A stretch of 64,000 bases of DNA from Octopus sinensis (GCF_006345805.1 NC_042997.1:72044001-72108000), one strand, 5' to 3'; positions 1 through 15,592 are shown, numbered from the stretch's first letter. Numbers and translations: made by a program. Notes: generated by a model from the sequence alone, not told the origin.

Positions 1-574
1 CGATCGTTGTAACTTCAAAGAATGTCAAAGATTAAATTAAAGAAAAAAATCATTGAACAGGCATTAAATAAAAATACACCTCTGACGTACACTTTGTATA
101 TAAGCTTAAACAAAACTAGAAAAATATTGCTGAATATATGTTATTAAATGCTTGTCTGTAATAAAGTTATGAATAACATGATTTATGCTAGTCATTCAAG
201 CCATATATTAATGTTTAAAAAATCCACAGTACACCTCGGTGGATACAGGCTGCAGTCAACGTTTAGAAACTACTGCTCTAAATATTTTCTATATGCTTAT
301 AGGTGGAATGAATTTGTTTCACAACTACATTTCGATTCAGCTGTACAACATTTTAAGCAATTATTTTCTGTAATCTCGGGTTGACCAATGTTTGGAAGTG
401 AAATGTGGTGGCCGGAAGCTGTGCGGAAACCTGTTGCATGCATACATGTGAATGTAAGTCTTTCGGCAATGTAGAATTGTCCTGTTCATTAATCATTGCC
501 TGTTAACAGCTTTCACACTTTGCGGAATTTACTGCAGTATATAGCTCAAGCGAAAAATTCGTTGAACCATGAAC

Positions 575-1072
<498 letters not shown>

Positions 1073-1949
1073 ATGTTTTTGTAGACAATATGTCAGAAAA
1101 AAGAGAGTAGATGCCTTCTATCATTAGCCTGATCTATCAAGGCTGACCTGGAGCGAAACAACAAAACTATTTCACCGTAAATCTATACGTTTGTTAGTCA
1201 AGTAGGTGGTATTAAACAAAAGTAAAAAATTTTTAAAAACATCAGAAAACTGCATAGAGAACCTCTTTCGCCAAACAATATGATAAATACACTGCTGACA
1301 AACTGAAATCTAAAATTAGAAACAGAAGGTTTGATTCAAACTACAACCCTAGACCAGCGTTTCCTTATTAAACAGCACCAACTACTTGCGTTTCCTTGTA
1401 CTTTTGAGCAAGAAGCTTTATATTGGCAGGTGTCGGTTTATCTAACTGTTGGGAAAAATACGAAATCTGTGCACGCCGTGTCCTTTTATAAACTGACGTC
1501 ATAATCAGATTTATTTCGTATCTACGCTAGAAAACGGAACATCGTACTTTGTATGTAATATTTTTCAGACGGTGTATTAGAGGTGTAAGTGATAATGTAC
1601 ATGGTAGTAACGCTTCCCTCGTTGAGGGTACTTACCAACAGAGCAGTGTAAAAAAGAAAGGGAGAGAAAAGTTGAGTAGAAGATATTACAAAAGAAGAGA
1701 CTGGTAATAAATAATTGAATGAATAAAGGAACGTTGGATGGCTGAATGGATTTATATTTGAAAACTATGTCAGGAAAATATATAGGCAACTGTTGATGAA
1801 GCAGTAAAAAACGTGGAAACTCGTCAGGTCAACTTCTTTTCTCGGTCACCTCATTTTCCGAGAAAAGGAAAATTTCGTCTCTTTGAATCACAGTATCTAC
1901 ATTTATAGCCTTCCATTTATATTATATTAATACTGTGTATTCCTTTTAT

Positions 1950-2082
1950 TAATATACATACACATACACGATCATACATATATATACACACATACACACG
2001 CACACACACATATAAATAAATTTATATGTGTATGTGTATACGTGTTCGCGAATTCCTTTATATATATATATATTATATATAT

Positions 2083-2129
<47 letters not shown>

Positions 2130-2188
2130 TATATATAATATACATATATATATACATACATATATTACATAGATATATATACATATAT

Positions 2189-2238
<50 letters not shown>

Positions 2239-2290
2239 ATATATGCATATATATATTCACACACAACACACACACAACACACACATATAT
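1950..2290. repeat. (TA)n/(CA)n compound microsatellite
   Basis: Directly visible; representative of dozens of similar tracts in the window. Confidence 0.95.
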
Positions 2291-2295
2291 ATATT

Positions 2296-2760
2296 TTACT
2301 TTTTACTCGTTTCAGTCATTGGACTGCAACCATACTGGGGCACCACGCTGAATAATTTAGGTGAACACATCAACCCCAGGATTAATTTTAAGAGTAATAT
2401 TTATTTTATCGGTGTTTTGCCTTTTCGCTAAGCTATGGAAACGTAAACGAACAAATATCGGTTGTCAAGTGGTGGTGAGATGACATAGACAAACACACAT
2501 ACATACATCAATGTGTACACGTACACACTCATACATATATACATATATGTGGGCGGTGGAGGTGTATGTGTATGCGTATGTATGTGTGTATGTGTATGTA
2601 CGATGAGTTTCCACAGTATCCGTCTACGAAATTCACTCACAAGCTGTTATTCGGCCCGGGGCTATAGTAAAGCACTTAATGTGCCACGCCGTAGGACCAA
2701 AGCTGAAACCATTGGACTAAAGCGTGAGCTTCTTAACTCACATCCGCCAATAATCCATGT
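2296..2760 (-). mobile_element. SINE, family B
   Basis: Reverse complement of the 575-1072 family (TTTCAGTCATTGGACTGC..., ACTCACAAGC...GGCTATAGTA), with an internal microsatellite. Confidence 0.7.
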
Positions 2761-3332
2761 AGCTTCGCAGAATTGGAAGAGCGTCTGATAAAATGCACAT
2801 CTGTTTACTTACTGATTTCGAATCTCCCCAAACTTTTCCTTTCATCTTTCCAGGATCGATTAAATAAATACCAGCCATGAACAATTCTTTGGTCATAATC
2901 AATCCTACCCCAATTCTATACTTTACGTCAGAAATTAATCAGAATAGAACACATTTATGGTCTACGTAATGTACATAAACAAAATACTCGTAATATGTCT
3001 GTGTCAGACTGCTAGAAATAAGATAGGACAACTGCGCTGTTGATGACGCCAAATGAGGCAAGAACACGTATCCACAACTGCCCATTTGACTACAGACAAT
3101 CAGAATGGTTATTCCTTTGTGACACGTCAAATTTGTAGAAATTCTTGATTCCCCAGATTACTTCCCCTTCTCCCTTAGAGATGGCCCCAAATGCCACCAA
3201 GTTATTTTACTATCGTTTCTGGAAGCACGGATGATTTCAATAAATCAAAATATATTCTTTTATAATATTTAATACATTCTTATTCCTTATCCAGCTATAT
3301 ACATATAAGAGATCAAAGTTTACGTATACACA

Positions 3333-3406
<74 letters not shown>

Positions 3407-3454
3407 TATAGACACATGAGTTCATACATATATATATGTACACATACATACATA

Positions 3455-4380
3455 CATACATAAATATGAATTTTGCATTGTATCCCTCAGACAACACCTG
3501 CTGGACAGCAAAGAAAGAAATGAGTACATTCCATGCACACTCAAAAGTGAGAGCAACAACATCTTCAGAGTTGGAGAAGAACTTCCAAAAGAAGACATTT
3601 GGAGGAGAGCAGGCGTCATACCAACAGAAATCAATGTATGGATCCCGTAAGCTAGACGGAGCAACAGCATTGACAGGAAGAGTAAGTATCCTCTCCTGGG
3701 CCTGCGATAAATACATTACATCCCACCTAGAAGGATATGCCTTTGCTATCCAAGAATAGGGGACAGCTACTAAATACCTGATAAACAATATGTATATTAA
3801 TAAAAGGAATACACAGTATTAATATAATATAAATGGAAGGCTATAAATGTAGATGGATAAAGATACCACCAAATATCTACGTTGTGATAATAAATACTGG
3901 CTCTGTTATCCCAGTGTGGAAGCTATCACCCACGTCATCAGCAGCTACCCCAAAATGTGTACGAGATACCACCTGCCCCTGAGGCAAGATATAGTTGCAA
4001 AGACTATTTACAATGTTATCTGCAGGAAGGACTGTGCTGGTGTATATACACCAAAGGCATGTCAGAACCAGCAGGTATCCACACCTTTAAAAACAAAGAA
4101 TACTGGTGAAACACTCCAATAAAAACAGCAATTTGATGCAAACATAACACACCTGATATTGTTCTGAGGGACAGGGAACAAATGTTATGCATTGTTCTGG
4201 CGGTCAGCTGCCCAGGGGATGTGAATTAAATTCTCATTTACACCTATCATCATAGGTGCATTAGGTTATGTACAAATAAATTTGCACAAAAACCTAAGAA
4301 GAAACTGACGCGGATTCTCCAAATCCAATTTATTAATGGCACAGAGAAGATTTGTAAGACATCCCAAAAATTCTCCATCG
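3455..4380 (+). mobile_element. 3' fragment of an RLE-type (R4/Dong-like) non-LTR retrotransposon, degraded
   Basis: Translates across frameshifts to SHLEGYAFAIQE, a decayed zinc knuckle (VEAITHVISSYPKM..RYHLPLRQD), HNTPDIV (RLE PD motif), PIIIGALG and a terminal LQIQFINGTEKICKTSQKF. Confidence 0.8.
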
Positions 4381-4924
4381 GAGATCTTTACGTGAATAGA
4401 TGCACACATTTAGGTGTATGCACCGACATTTCAACCAAGACACCAACTCAACCACACATTTACAAACACTGGCAACTCTTAACTCAAAAAGTTTTGTCGC
4501 TTTGTTAGCGACCGGCTTGAACTTCAACAAAACTCAAAGAAAAACCATATAAACCCTCTTTCTATATGTTTATCTATCACGCCGTTCTTATCACTCTGTC
4601 AGTTAATTCGTTATAAAACGTCTACTATCGACGCAACAGAAAGACACAAACGCACACAGACACTCTGTCACTCAGGCACAAACACAAACACACATCCATA
4701 GACATAAACTAGGACTGAGATCTGACACACACATACATCTATTAACCCAAGTAATTAGACCCAAATAATATTTGCCTTTCCACTCATAAGTATACCTAGA
4801 TACAATTACACGGATCATATACACATGTTGACATACATTTTCTATAAATGTGATAGCATTCATAGAGATACCTATATACAAATATACACTCATACATATA
4901 ACTACTTCTATCTGTCTACATACC

Positions 4925-4982
4925 TATGAAAGTATGTATGTATGTATGTATTGTGCTCTTTTTATTCAATCCTTGAACTATA

Positions 4983-5030
<48 letters not shown>

Positions 5031-5290
5031 GTATATATACACACACATACATATATATATATATGTATGTATGTGCGTGTATATATATATATATATATAT
5101 ATGTGTATGTATGTATGTGCGTGTGGTTTTGTCTCTAATAATATTTTATATATATATATACATATACATATATATATATATATATATACACATACACAGA
5201 TACGTACATATACATATATATACATACATATACACACACACTCATACACGCACACACATACACGTGTATGCGTGTGCGCGCGCGGTGTAA
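4925..5290. repeat. (TA)n/(TATG)n/(CA)n microsatellite
   Basis: Directly visible. Confidence 0.9.
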
Positions 5291-6444
5291 TCATTCTAAT
5301 TCTGGCAATCAGACAAGCACGCCTGCACAAATTTCAGACAGACATGGACTTCAATACACACACACCTACATACATGTCTACATATTTAGAAAGGTGTTGA
5401 AGTTTGAGAGATCCTCCGTCGAGAACTTTCATTTATTTATTTATTTTGCGACGTCATAGCTAACAAAAGAATAGTTTATTGATATTATTGCTATCGTTGG
5501 TATTTAGCCCAAGGTCACCCACTGAGCAGACATGATCAAAGGCTTAGAGAGCTGTGATCATATTGCCGTCCTCTTGTTTGTATGCTAGGCTACAATAATC
5601 AATGTGCGCTTCCTTTTGACGATAGTAGTGTGTAAGCTCAGGGATATATGGCTGCAATTTTTAGCACCTGAAGCGGTGATACACAAGATCCCTTATTGGC
5701 TTTTGTTGTTTATCCTCAGGTCAGTGTTGGTTTTGTACAGCTTTGATCGATATCATTAAAACCATGACCATTCCTTTTGTTGTATATCTATGTTTACATT
5801 ATCCAATGTGACCCTCCTGTTTTAAGACGTAAGGGAGTGATTTTTGAGGGCATTGTTTCCTATTTATAAGAAGGTCAAGTAATACAGTCCTCCTATCAGC
5901 ATTTCCGTTTATTATGTTGAAAGTGGTGTGGTTCTGTTGAGGCCAGACAGAGCAATTGTCTAGTGTCCACCATGTAGCGTTTCTAGGGCAGTGTTTATCT
6001 TTCACCTCACTGTAACTGTATGAACTTTTCATTAAAAAGCAGGCAAAACACTTGTACCTTGCTGTTGTTACTGTTGCTTACAGTACAAGCTCATTGATTC
6101 ATTAAAATACTAGTTAGTTTATTAAGAGAACTTAATAATAAGTAGCTGAGGCGTTTGAACTCTGTTGGTCTAACCTAGATACAGGAAGTAGTTTGCAGTT
6201 CTTTTAATGGTTCGTTTGTTAAATATAACTGATGAGAAGTAAGACTAGAAATTAGCTGAGTCGTCAGTTATACAGAGGGTCCAGCTGAGCACATAATAAT
6301 GTATATTTTGAACTGTCGAATGGCGCGCTTTTTACCAAGCTGCAAAGCCAGCAAGCTAGAGCCGAAGGAGATGATTGTGGGGCGCTGCTGAATTTCTTCC
6401 CATTTATAGTTTGTGTGTGTGCGTGCATGCGCGCGCGCGCGCGC

Positions 6445-6479
<35 letters not shown>

Positions 6480-6500
6480 TCTGTGTGTGAGTGTGTGTCT

Positions 6501-6533
<33 letters not shown>

Positions 6534-6539
6534 ACATAC

Positions 6540-6690
6540 GATGCGCTTTCAGTTTCCACGAATCAAACCCATTCAAGGCTTTAGACGGCCCTAGGCTATA
6601 GTAGAAGACACTCGCAAAATATTGCGCAGTGAGACTAAACTCAATACCGCACGATTGAGAAGCAAGCTTCTCAACCGCACAAACATGCCC
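6540..6690 (-). mobile_element. SINE family B, 5' fragment
   Basis: GCTTTCAGTTTCC...CCCATTCAAGGCTT...GGCTATAGTAGAAGACAC matches the other family B copies. Confidence 0.6.
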
Positions 6691-6708
6691 ATGTTACGCG
6701 TGTGTGTA

Positions 6709-6780
<72 letters not shown>

Positions 6781-8764
6781 TGTGTGTGTGTGTGTGCGTG
6801 CGTGCGTGCTTATGTATAGCGTATATCTTTGCATGACTGTGTGAAGGTAAATAAAATGCGTTTGTGCATATATACGTGCACATAAAAAGAAATAACTAAT
6901 TGTTTTCAGTTATTCACAGTAGGGTTTAAATAGATGATTTAGGAAAAAACCAACACACTTAAATATATGTGCGCAGGTGCATCAGGGCGCAGGCATGTTT
7001 GCTATGCAAAAGGAAAGATAATAATTTGTAAGATTTGTGAAACTTGCAATAATGACTCTTAAACAGCGAAGTGATACCAAAATTTATACTGATTTTTCAT
7101 TTCGTTTAAGTTCGATTATTTTCAGCGGTAATTGTTGTTTCGTTAATTAAACAATTTTGATTGTTTTCACATCCCTTCTGAATCGTTAATTAAACAATGT
7201 TGATTGTCTTGTTGAGTAGCAAATTAAATAAATTCTCATTGTCTTCAATAGCTCTGTTTATTAAAAGTAATTTCACTGAAAGCTAAGTTGAAAACAGTTA
7301 GAAATAAAAAACACGGTATGAAAGGATTTAGGACATGTGGAATTTTGTAAAAATAAGTTCACGTTCCAGTCTGCCCAATGTAACAGTTTGAGACATGTTG
7401 TTTACAACTTTCATGCTTACATTGAAATTTGAATATTGTATTATTCCAACGCCCTGTTCTTTGTTAATTTATGGTTTCAGGTTAAGAAGTTTATATATAT
7501 ATATATATATATATATTGATGTTGTAATGTATTCTCTGAGCTTGTAGTTAGGTTCGGTGCCGATCGTGTTTGGTCTCATTAGTTATTCAATGATATATTC
7601 ATTTTATAACCAAGGTGTACATTTTCCTGAACGCATACGATGCAGTTAGTGTATTTCTATTGAGTACTGCATCGCTCCTGATCTTGTGTTGTGGAATACC
7701 TATATTTTAGTCTATTAGCAATGCTAAAGTACATAATACATGATTTAATTGTTACATATATAATGCAGATATATATTACATATATAATACATACATAATG
7801 CAATAACATTCTTTAGAGTGCGATAGTCTATAAAACAGAAATGAAATTTATAAATTTATTCTTTCTGTGCGACCATGTAATAAATGCAGTTGGTTTGGGA
7901 ACCCTATATTAGAGTACTCATTGTTAATCATTGTTAACTAATGTCTGTTTAGCGATTATCTAAGGCTTCATTAGAAGGTGAATATGTGTGTGTAGAGGGG
8001 GCGGTTATAGTCCTGGTTACAGCTATGCCGTTACTCAGAAATTCGTGCTCTTCGAAAATTCTTCTGTCGGTACTGATCTATTGAACCCAGTCAGCCACAG
8101 TCGTTCTCTCAACTGACGACTGAATCACAAACTTTAAGTTATTGAGTTCTTCTCTACTTCCGTGTTTTAACATTATATAATTTCACAAACACATAACGTA
8201 CTATACATGTGTATATGTGCATGTATATATGTATGTATATGTGTGGGGTGGGATGTACATAAACACAAATATATACACACATGCAAACCACATACTCACA
8301 TGTGTGTCTATGAGTGTATGTGTGCGCGTTTAGATTTATCAATAAAGCCATACAATTGGTTTTTGTATAAACCAATATATTTGCCCCATTTCCTACAATT
8401 AATTATGTAGGAAAATCATTCTAGATGGAGCATTGTTTCACACTGCTAAAGACCGCACACATAACTCTAAATATTTTCAGGTTCTAGTAGGAAAAAAGGG
8501 AGGGACTTAGCCCGAATGCTGGTGACAGAGCGAACTCCGCTAAAAGTGCCCCAAGTAGTTAATCCGGGTGTCATATAAAGTCTACCGACTGAGATCATTG
8601 AGTGTAATGGTGCCACACAGTGGAATTGAAAACGGGACCTCAAAATTGTGTGGAAAATTTCTTGATCATTGTCTCTATCAAATCCATTACAAACGTCATA
8701 TGAAATGACGAACAGATAACAATAAAGGCAGAATATATAACATAATCCCTGCCGATAACAATCT

Positions 8765-8990
8765 TAATAGCAGCAGCAGCAGTAGCAGTACCAGCAGTAG
8801 TAGTACCAGCAGAAGTCGTAGCAGCAGCAGTAGTCGTAGCAGCAGCAGCAGTAGTCGTAGCAGCAGCAGCAGCAGTAGCAGTAGTAGTAGTAGCAGTAGT
8901 AGTAGTAGTAGTAGTAGCAGTAGTAGTAGTAGTATAGTAGTAGTAGTAGTAGTAGTAGGAGGAGGAGGAGGAGGAGGAGGAGGAGGAATA
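8765..8990. repeat. Compound trinucleotide repeat (CAG/TAG/GAG)
   Basis: Directly visible; source of the poly-S/T/A/Y ORFs. Confidence 0.95.
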
Positions 8991-10149
8991 ACCGCTTTGT
9001 CGGATAAAACCAGTGGTAGTGACGTCGATTAATTTGTCCTTGATCTGTCTGATCAAGGATCACAAGAGTTGCAACCGTCACAATCGATTCTTTCTTTTAT
9101 GAAATAGTACATGCAGGAATACACTGTCCAATATGCTACTTTATAGATTGCAGAGTACCATTTCAGAGAGATATTTCTACCATTTATAACACGGCGAATA
9201 CTCACAAAGACACTCTTGCCGGAGATGATTTATATAGTGTTGGTAATTATATTTTTCTCGGTTGTGGGGCTGGTAGTGGAGGCAACGATAACGGGCAGGT
9301 TGATACTGATGATGTTGGTGGTAGTAATTGGGCTGTTGTAAGTAATGGGAGTACTGTTATTGCTACTGCTGCTGCTGTTGCTGCTGCCACTACTGCTGTA
9401 TATTTGTGGTGGTATTGGTTATGACATTTCAAATACCACCTTACCGATTTAGAAAACGTGTGGAGGATTCGTGAGGGAGTGGGGATGGGGAGGGCAGCTG
9501 TACTGTAAAGATAAGAAAAATGAGGGGACGGGATCATAGCTGCTTCGTGAAAAAGTGAGCAGGCATAGGGAGTAGGAGAGAAAGGGAGACGACCTTTATC
9601 TAGCTAATGTCTTGGCTGTTAGTGCAAACAGACAGCTCTGATTTATATCGTGAATCTATACATATACACACATGCACACTCATTCATTCACTTATTTATT
9701 TACACATACACTTACACACAAACACATATTCATATATCCACCAGCTGTTGTCGGATTAGCCGAGTGATGTGTTCCCTGGGTGGTGGACTGGGAATTCCTT
9801 GGAAACAAGATTGTTTCGAATAAGAAAACGTGAGCCATTTGTAGAATACAATAGAATACAATAGAATACTGCACACACTCCTCAAATCAATCTTAAACTA
9901 ATCAAAATTTAACACTCGTTTCAGTCAGATTAGCGGGAACTTACGTCCAACAGCAAGCCTAAGAATTATGAGGCTACAGGACGCGAAAATCAAAACCTAA
10001 ACTCCAAAGCACTTTCATATGCATTTAGAATACGTATATTGTGTCAGAAGAATTCCATTTAACTAACTGATCAGATAGAAAATATAAATTAGCACATCTT
10101 AGGGATCAGTGAATTTTGAAGACCTGATGAAGTGTTAATAGAAAGAAAA

Positions 10150-10760
10150 AAGTACCTTTTCTACCATGTAGGCAAAGAAGGATTTAAGGTGGATTAAATT
10201 AAGAACAACATCTAGAACTTTAAACATTTCTGATCGTGTAGCCAACTTTGTTTGGAAGATAGCAATGAAGTGCTATCTCAAAATAATCCAAATAAATCTA
10301 ACAACATATGCAAATGCTCTAAAAGAGTAGGAAATATTTTACGAGGTCAACGAAGCAATTGATTGTCACAAATGAGAGACTTAAACGCCAATATAGGATA
10401 AGGAAACGAGCACTGTTCAGGAAAATACAAGACACGGGAAATTACAGAGGATAAGACCAAATAAATTTCTGTCGAAAGCCCTTCAAAATAGTCAATACCA
10501 TTTTTAAAATGAAGAAACTGTGATAATGGACATGGAGAAGTTCAGATTAGGAAACCTTCAACTGGATAAATTACATCACAATCAAATCAGAAATCTTCCG
10601 AGATGTTGAATTAATTATCAAAGCCAAACGTACAGATTGCAGAATGACTACAAACAGACTGTAAATCAAAAAGCAAAAGAGAAAGTACAAACTATTCTAC
10701 TCCAAAGAAACAAACTAGTCAGAAGTGTTCAAAGCTTAATGGACCAATTCCAAGTTAATA
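10150..10760 (+). pseudogene. Decayed APE endonuclease region of an RTE-type LINE
   Basis: Ordered motif remnants DLNANIG, IVNTIFK, GTWRSSD, NWINYI, with many stops and frameshifts. Confidence 0.5.
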
Positions 10761-12420
10761 AAAAAGAAATCAACGTCTATGAAAATGACATCCCCATTGC
10801 ATAGCCACTGTGGAAAATAAAAAAACGTGCGTCTCTTGTATTACAAGCCTTGTGCAGCATATATGAAAGCTAAAAATATATGTGCCATCTGGTTACATAT
10901 TTCTCTAGGCTATGCAAAGTTTCGAGCCATTTTCCGAATCAGAAGAGTACAACACAAGAAAATTCTATTCACTTAAACTATTCATGTTTTGCCTAGAAGT
11001 GTTTCGAAGATTGCGCTGGGAGAGAGACGTATGTAGAGATTAAAGTAGATAAATTTCTGACATACTTCCGATTAGTAGGACAAACTATCCGATTCGCGTT
11101 AGGGCAAACAAACTTCGGACTATAAAGGAAAGAAAGCAGTATGTCTTGCAATGAACATGAAATTGAAAAATAATAACAACAACAACAGTGATAATAACAT
11201 TCAAAGAGTTAATGGAGGAAATTCTCGATATTAAAATTGAAGAGTCATCTTTCCAAATAGTAAACAACCACCCCACTTGAACTAATTCGTAACAATACAA
11301 TTCTGTAAAGAAATTATCTCAAATTGACAAGCCCTTAAGAAAGCATACCATTTTTAAAAGCTCTTAAACTTTAAAAATGGCTTTGCAACTAATGCATGAT
11401 CCTTTTTGTGTGGTTGGGTCGCCCTTATTTTATTTTTATTTTTGACTTGTGTACTAATATATTAAACTGTCATAATATACAATATTGCATTTTTTGCTTA
11501 GTACTGTCCATTGTGTGTGTGTGTGTGTGAGTGAGTTGTTTTAACTTGCGTTGTCTGTTATGTCCCGAAACTACCTCGGTAGATGCTCTTCCATGGACAT
11601 GGTTTCGGGGCATTAATTGCAGTAGGCTAACATTACAATTTTTCCTTCCAACATCGACGGCAATCATAAATTACTGCTTGTCTGCATCGAGCGTTATTTT
11701 CATCCAAGAATTATGACAAATAATCGTTTCCCGTTAAGTAAAAATCACAAAGCAGGGGTGTAGATGATATATCAAACTCTTTTCATCCTGGTTTCTGGAA
11801 GGATTTGTAACTGCCTTCCTATTACATTTAACGTGTTGAACTCGAGCAACGTACCTTTCTGGATGTCGATAATGCGGGTTCTCACACCGAATGAAAGGAG
11901 ATGTCTAGAGTTTACTTTTAGCAGTGAACACTTCATCAAGTCTACTATCGCTTGGTTAGAAAATCCTCGGAGTAAAAATAAATATCGCAGTGTCATGTTC
12001 ATGATGTCTTTGATGAAGACAATGCGAAGGAGGGCTATAAATTATCATATCATTCACAGCTAAAACTTTATTCTTGATCGCTTACTCTTGGGACTACACC
12101 AAGCTATCCGACAACACTGTGTGATTGTAGAAAACACTGTAAACATCTTTCTTTTTAAAGCATTTATGTTCAATATGGCTTCCTTTGTTAAGATCAGTTT
12201 TCTAGTCACACGAACAAAATACTCCTCCAGACTCATTGCAATAGGAAGGCAAAGAAAATTACCTACAATCATGGCACATGCGTATGTGAGTGTGACTGTG
12301 TGTAAATAGTGCTCGATATCTGTACGTGGAATCCTTTTATTTTAGGTATGTAAATTAGTCAATTACAAAATGAAACTGAAAGTAAATGTTAATTGCCAAT
12401 AAAATTAGCAATATAATCCC

Positions 12421-12814
12421 TTCTACTATAGGTACAAGGCCTGAAATTTAGGGAATGGGGATAATCGATTACATCGACCCCAGTGTTTTACAGGTACTTA
12501 ATTTATCGACCCCGAAAGGATGAAAAGCAAAGTCAACCTCGGCGGAATTTGAACTCACAACGTTGCGATAGGCAAAATACCTATTTCTTTACTACCCACA
12601 AGGGGCTAAACACAGAGGGGACAAACAAGGACAGACAAACAGATTAAGTCGATTACATCGACCCCAGTGCGTAACTGGTACCTATTTAATCGACCCCGAA
12701 AGGATGAAAGACAAAGTTGACCTCGGAGGAATTTGAACTCAGAACGTAGCGGCAGACGAAATACCGCTAAGCATTTCGCCCGGCGTGCTAACGATTCTCC
12801 CAGCTTGCCGCCTT
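12421..12814 (-). mobile_element. SINE family A (tRNA-derived), two overlapping copies
   Basis: CGACCCCGAAAGGATGAAA..GTCAACCTCGGCGGAATTTGAACTC occurs twice. The B-box-like GAGTTCAAATTCC and the head (GCACGCCGGGCGAAATGC) lie on the minus strand. Confidence 0.8.
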
Positions 12815-13099
12815 AACATTGGCAATATAATGTAACCCAAATGGCTGCACTTGGAAGGCCCGAACGTTCGTAAAACAAATGTGTGTGTGAGTGTGTGCAT
12901 GTGCGTGCGTGCGAGCGTGCGTTTGTGTATGTATAGACAAACATGAAGGAACCAAAAAAACCACTGGTTCAAGGATCAGGTTATATTATACACAAGTGAC
13001 GTGAACTAGTGACTTTTGGAAATCTTTGACAAACGATGTTATTGGTCATAAATTTCGACATAAATTAAAACAAACAAATAAATAATTAAACTAATATAC

Positions 13100-13310
13100 C
13101 TCGGCACAAGGCCTTGAAAATGTTTGAGGAGAAGGCGGCTAATCAGTTACATCGACCCCAGTGCGTAATTGGTAATTATTTCAACGACCCCGTAAGGATG
13201 AAAGGCGAAATCGATCTCGGCGGAATTTGAACTCAGAGCGTAGCAGCAGACGAAGTACTGCTAAGCATTTCGCCCAGCGTGCTAACAATTCTACCAGCTC
13301 ACCACCCTAG
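13100..13310 (-). mobile_element. SINE family A
   Basis: Same body as 12421-12814. Confidence 0.8.
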
Positions 13311-14427
13311 TACTTAAATTAATATAACTTCTGAACAACATTAATCGAATATGTAGCTTCTATAAACAACGACTGTACAAGCTGTACAATTTAAATTGTT
13401 ATCAATGCCGCTCATTATTATTAGATGTGAAGCCTTAAATTCTGGTCTCGTGCTCGTTGATTCAGTTCAGGTCTGTGAAACATGGTCGAGCCAACGAATG
13501 GTCGAGCCAACGAATGAGGTCGGTCGAACTGGTAGAAATACCAGCCATACCTTTCTCAAAACTCTTTTTATTAAAAATACTCATTGGTTAATTTTATGAA
13601 TGTCTTACAACCGAATACAGGATGGTCACAACTTGGTTCTCAGATCTGTTAAATCATGACTGCCTGCGATTTAAACAACCTGCAATGGTGGGTATCTATA
13701 TTCTTTCTTGCTCACACCTCGTTATAGTTTGATTTTTTTTCCACTGACTTTTTTTCTATTTCTAAAGTTCTCAGCCATCATCATCATCATCATCATGAGA
13801 TGAGAATGCAGCGTCTGTGATAATTGATTTGAAAAGTTGTAAGCTTGTTTTCGTCAGCATAAAACAATGGTGAAGCCTTTATTTAGTTGGTCGACAAGCT
13901 AGAAACAGCAGCTATATTTTTCTCCTGCAAACACCTTACCACATCTTACATTTAACAAAGGAATTACACATCGAATAATGTAGTCCTCGGTGTAGAAAAA
14001 TGTCTGACCGATAGAGACTAAAATATGTTTGGTCATGAGTCCTACTTGATTAAGCCTTATCTGGGGCTAAATAACAATAACAACAACAACAAGATGTAGA
14101 TTGCTACAGTAACAAGTACCGAAAACGTTGACGCTTGGTATCACCCTACACATGAAAGAGATGGTAAATTCCCTTTACTAAAAAGTGCTAAAATATAATT
14201 CACTAGTACCAGTACCCCTGGGAGAAGGAAAGCAAGTTAAAGGTGATTAAGTCACTTACAATCCGTTAATGTGTGACGCCCTTCTTCATACAGAAGTGGT
14301 GGTTAACTCGCTTCTTCCATATGAAACTGGGTTATCTCGCATTTTCACTGATAAAATTAAAACTATGTCAGCAAAGAACTGGAGTGCAGAAGGCAAGCCT
14401 TACTTATATTCTTAATACCGATTAGCG

Positions 14428-14438
14428 ATATATATATA

Positions 14439-14505
<67 letters not shown>

Positions 14506-14560
14506 ATATATATCATATATATATATATACATAATATATATATATATATACATATGTATA

Positions 14561-14601
<41 letters not shown>

Positions 14602-14606
14602 TACAA

Positions 14607-14681
<75 letters not shown>

Positions 14682-14688
14682 ATATATA

Positions 14689-14734
<46 letters not shown>

Positions 14735-14735
14735 A
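14428..14735. repeat. Long (TA)n microsatellite
   Basis: Directly visible. Confidence 0.95.
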
Positions 14736-14876
14736 GGGTGCGAATGTGTGTCTGTGCGTTTGCATATGGGCGCGCACACTCACATACACACTTATCGAGG
14801 TGTATATAGATAAGCGTATTTGAATGTGAGCGCATACACAGTTACATATGCACGCATACTCTCAAAATACATACAC

Positions 14877-14915
<39 letters not shown>

Positions 14916-15235
14916 CATGCAAGAATTATAAAGCATATATCTAGCATTAAGGGAAATATTACCTGATATGCAACTCAGTATTTGGGATAGAATTGTAAGA
15001 TATACTTGTTAAATGAAAATAAATGACAATGCAAAGGACAGTCGCCACCAGCCGCCAAGCGAACTAGAGTAGAATAATTTTTATAAACACATGCACATTC
15101 ATACGTACACCAGTTTATATCATCAGCTCCATACATAGGTTTCCCCACTGTGGTTGTTGGGAACCATATTGCTCAGTATATCATAACCGGTAATGCCACC
15201 AAATATATTAGTAATCTAAGTACTCTACTAGTCGA

Positions 15236-15345
15236 TAAATTAAGTACCAGTTACGCACTGAAGTCGATGTAATCGACTTAATCCATTTGTCTGTCCTTGT
15301 TTGTTTTCTCTGTGTTTAGCCCCTTGTGGGTAGTAAAGAAATAGA
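15236..15345 (+). mobile_element. SINE family A, 3' fragment
   Basis: AAGTACCAGTTACGCACTG..GTCGATGTAATCGACTTAATCC..TTTAGCCCCTTGTGGGTAGTAAAGAAATAG is the reverse complement of 12575-12680. Confidence 0.75.
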
Positions 15346-15504
15346 TAATCTATGCGGATTAACTCAACAATAGCAGTCGTACATCTATTTCCATACTCTC
15401 TCTCACAGTATACTCTCTCTCTTTTTCTTTCTCTCTCCCTCTCTCGCACGCACACACACACACACATATATATGTGTGTGTGTATATAGATATATATATA
15501 TATA

Positions 15505-15543
<39 letters not shown>

Positions 15544-15592
15544 CATATATATATACACACATATAATATATATATATACATATATATACACA

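Noticed and set aside
3237-3788. 183-aa minus-strand ORF (also 17078-17488, 27150-27470, 53176-53490)
   Set aside because: Antisense shadows of transposon coding sequence on the other strand.
4495-4512. GTCGC/GCGAC hairpin resembling stem II of family F1
   Set aside because: No hammerhead core or GAAA on either strand; just a small hairpin.
6224-6272. CTGATGA..GAAA..GTC in hammerhead order
   Set aside because: Stem II is poor and stem I does not abut the triplet; better explained as a simple 12-bp inverted repeat.
11470-12290. Possible Ty3/gypsy RT remnant on the minus strand (DLNKG, VNDMIIYS)
   Set aside because: Motif spacing is too short and similarity too weak to support without a profile search.
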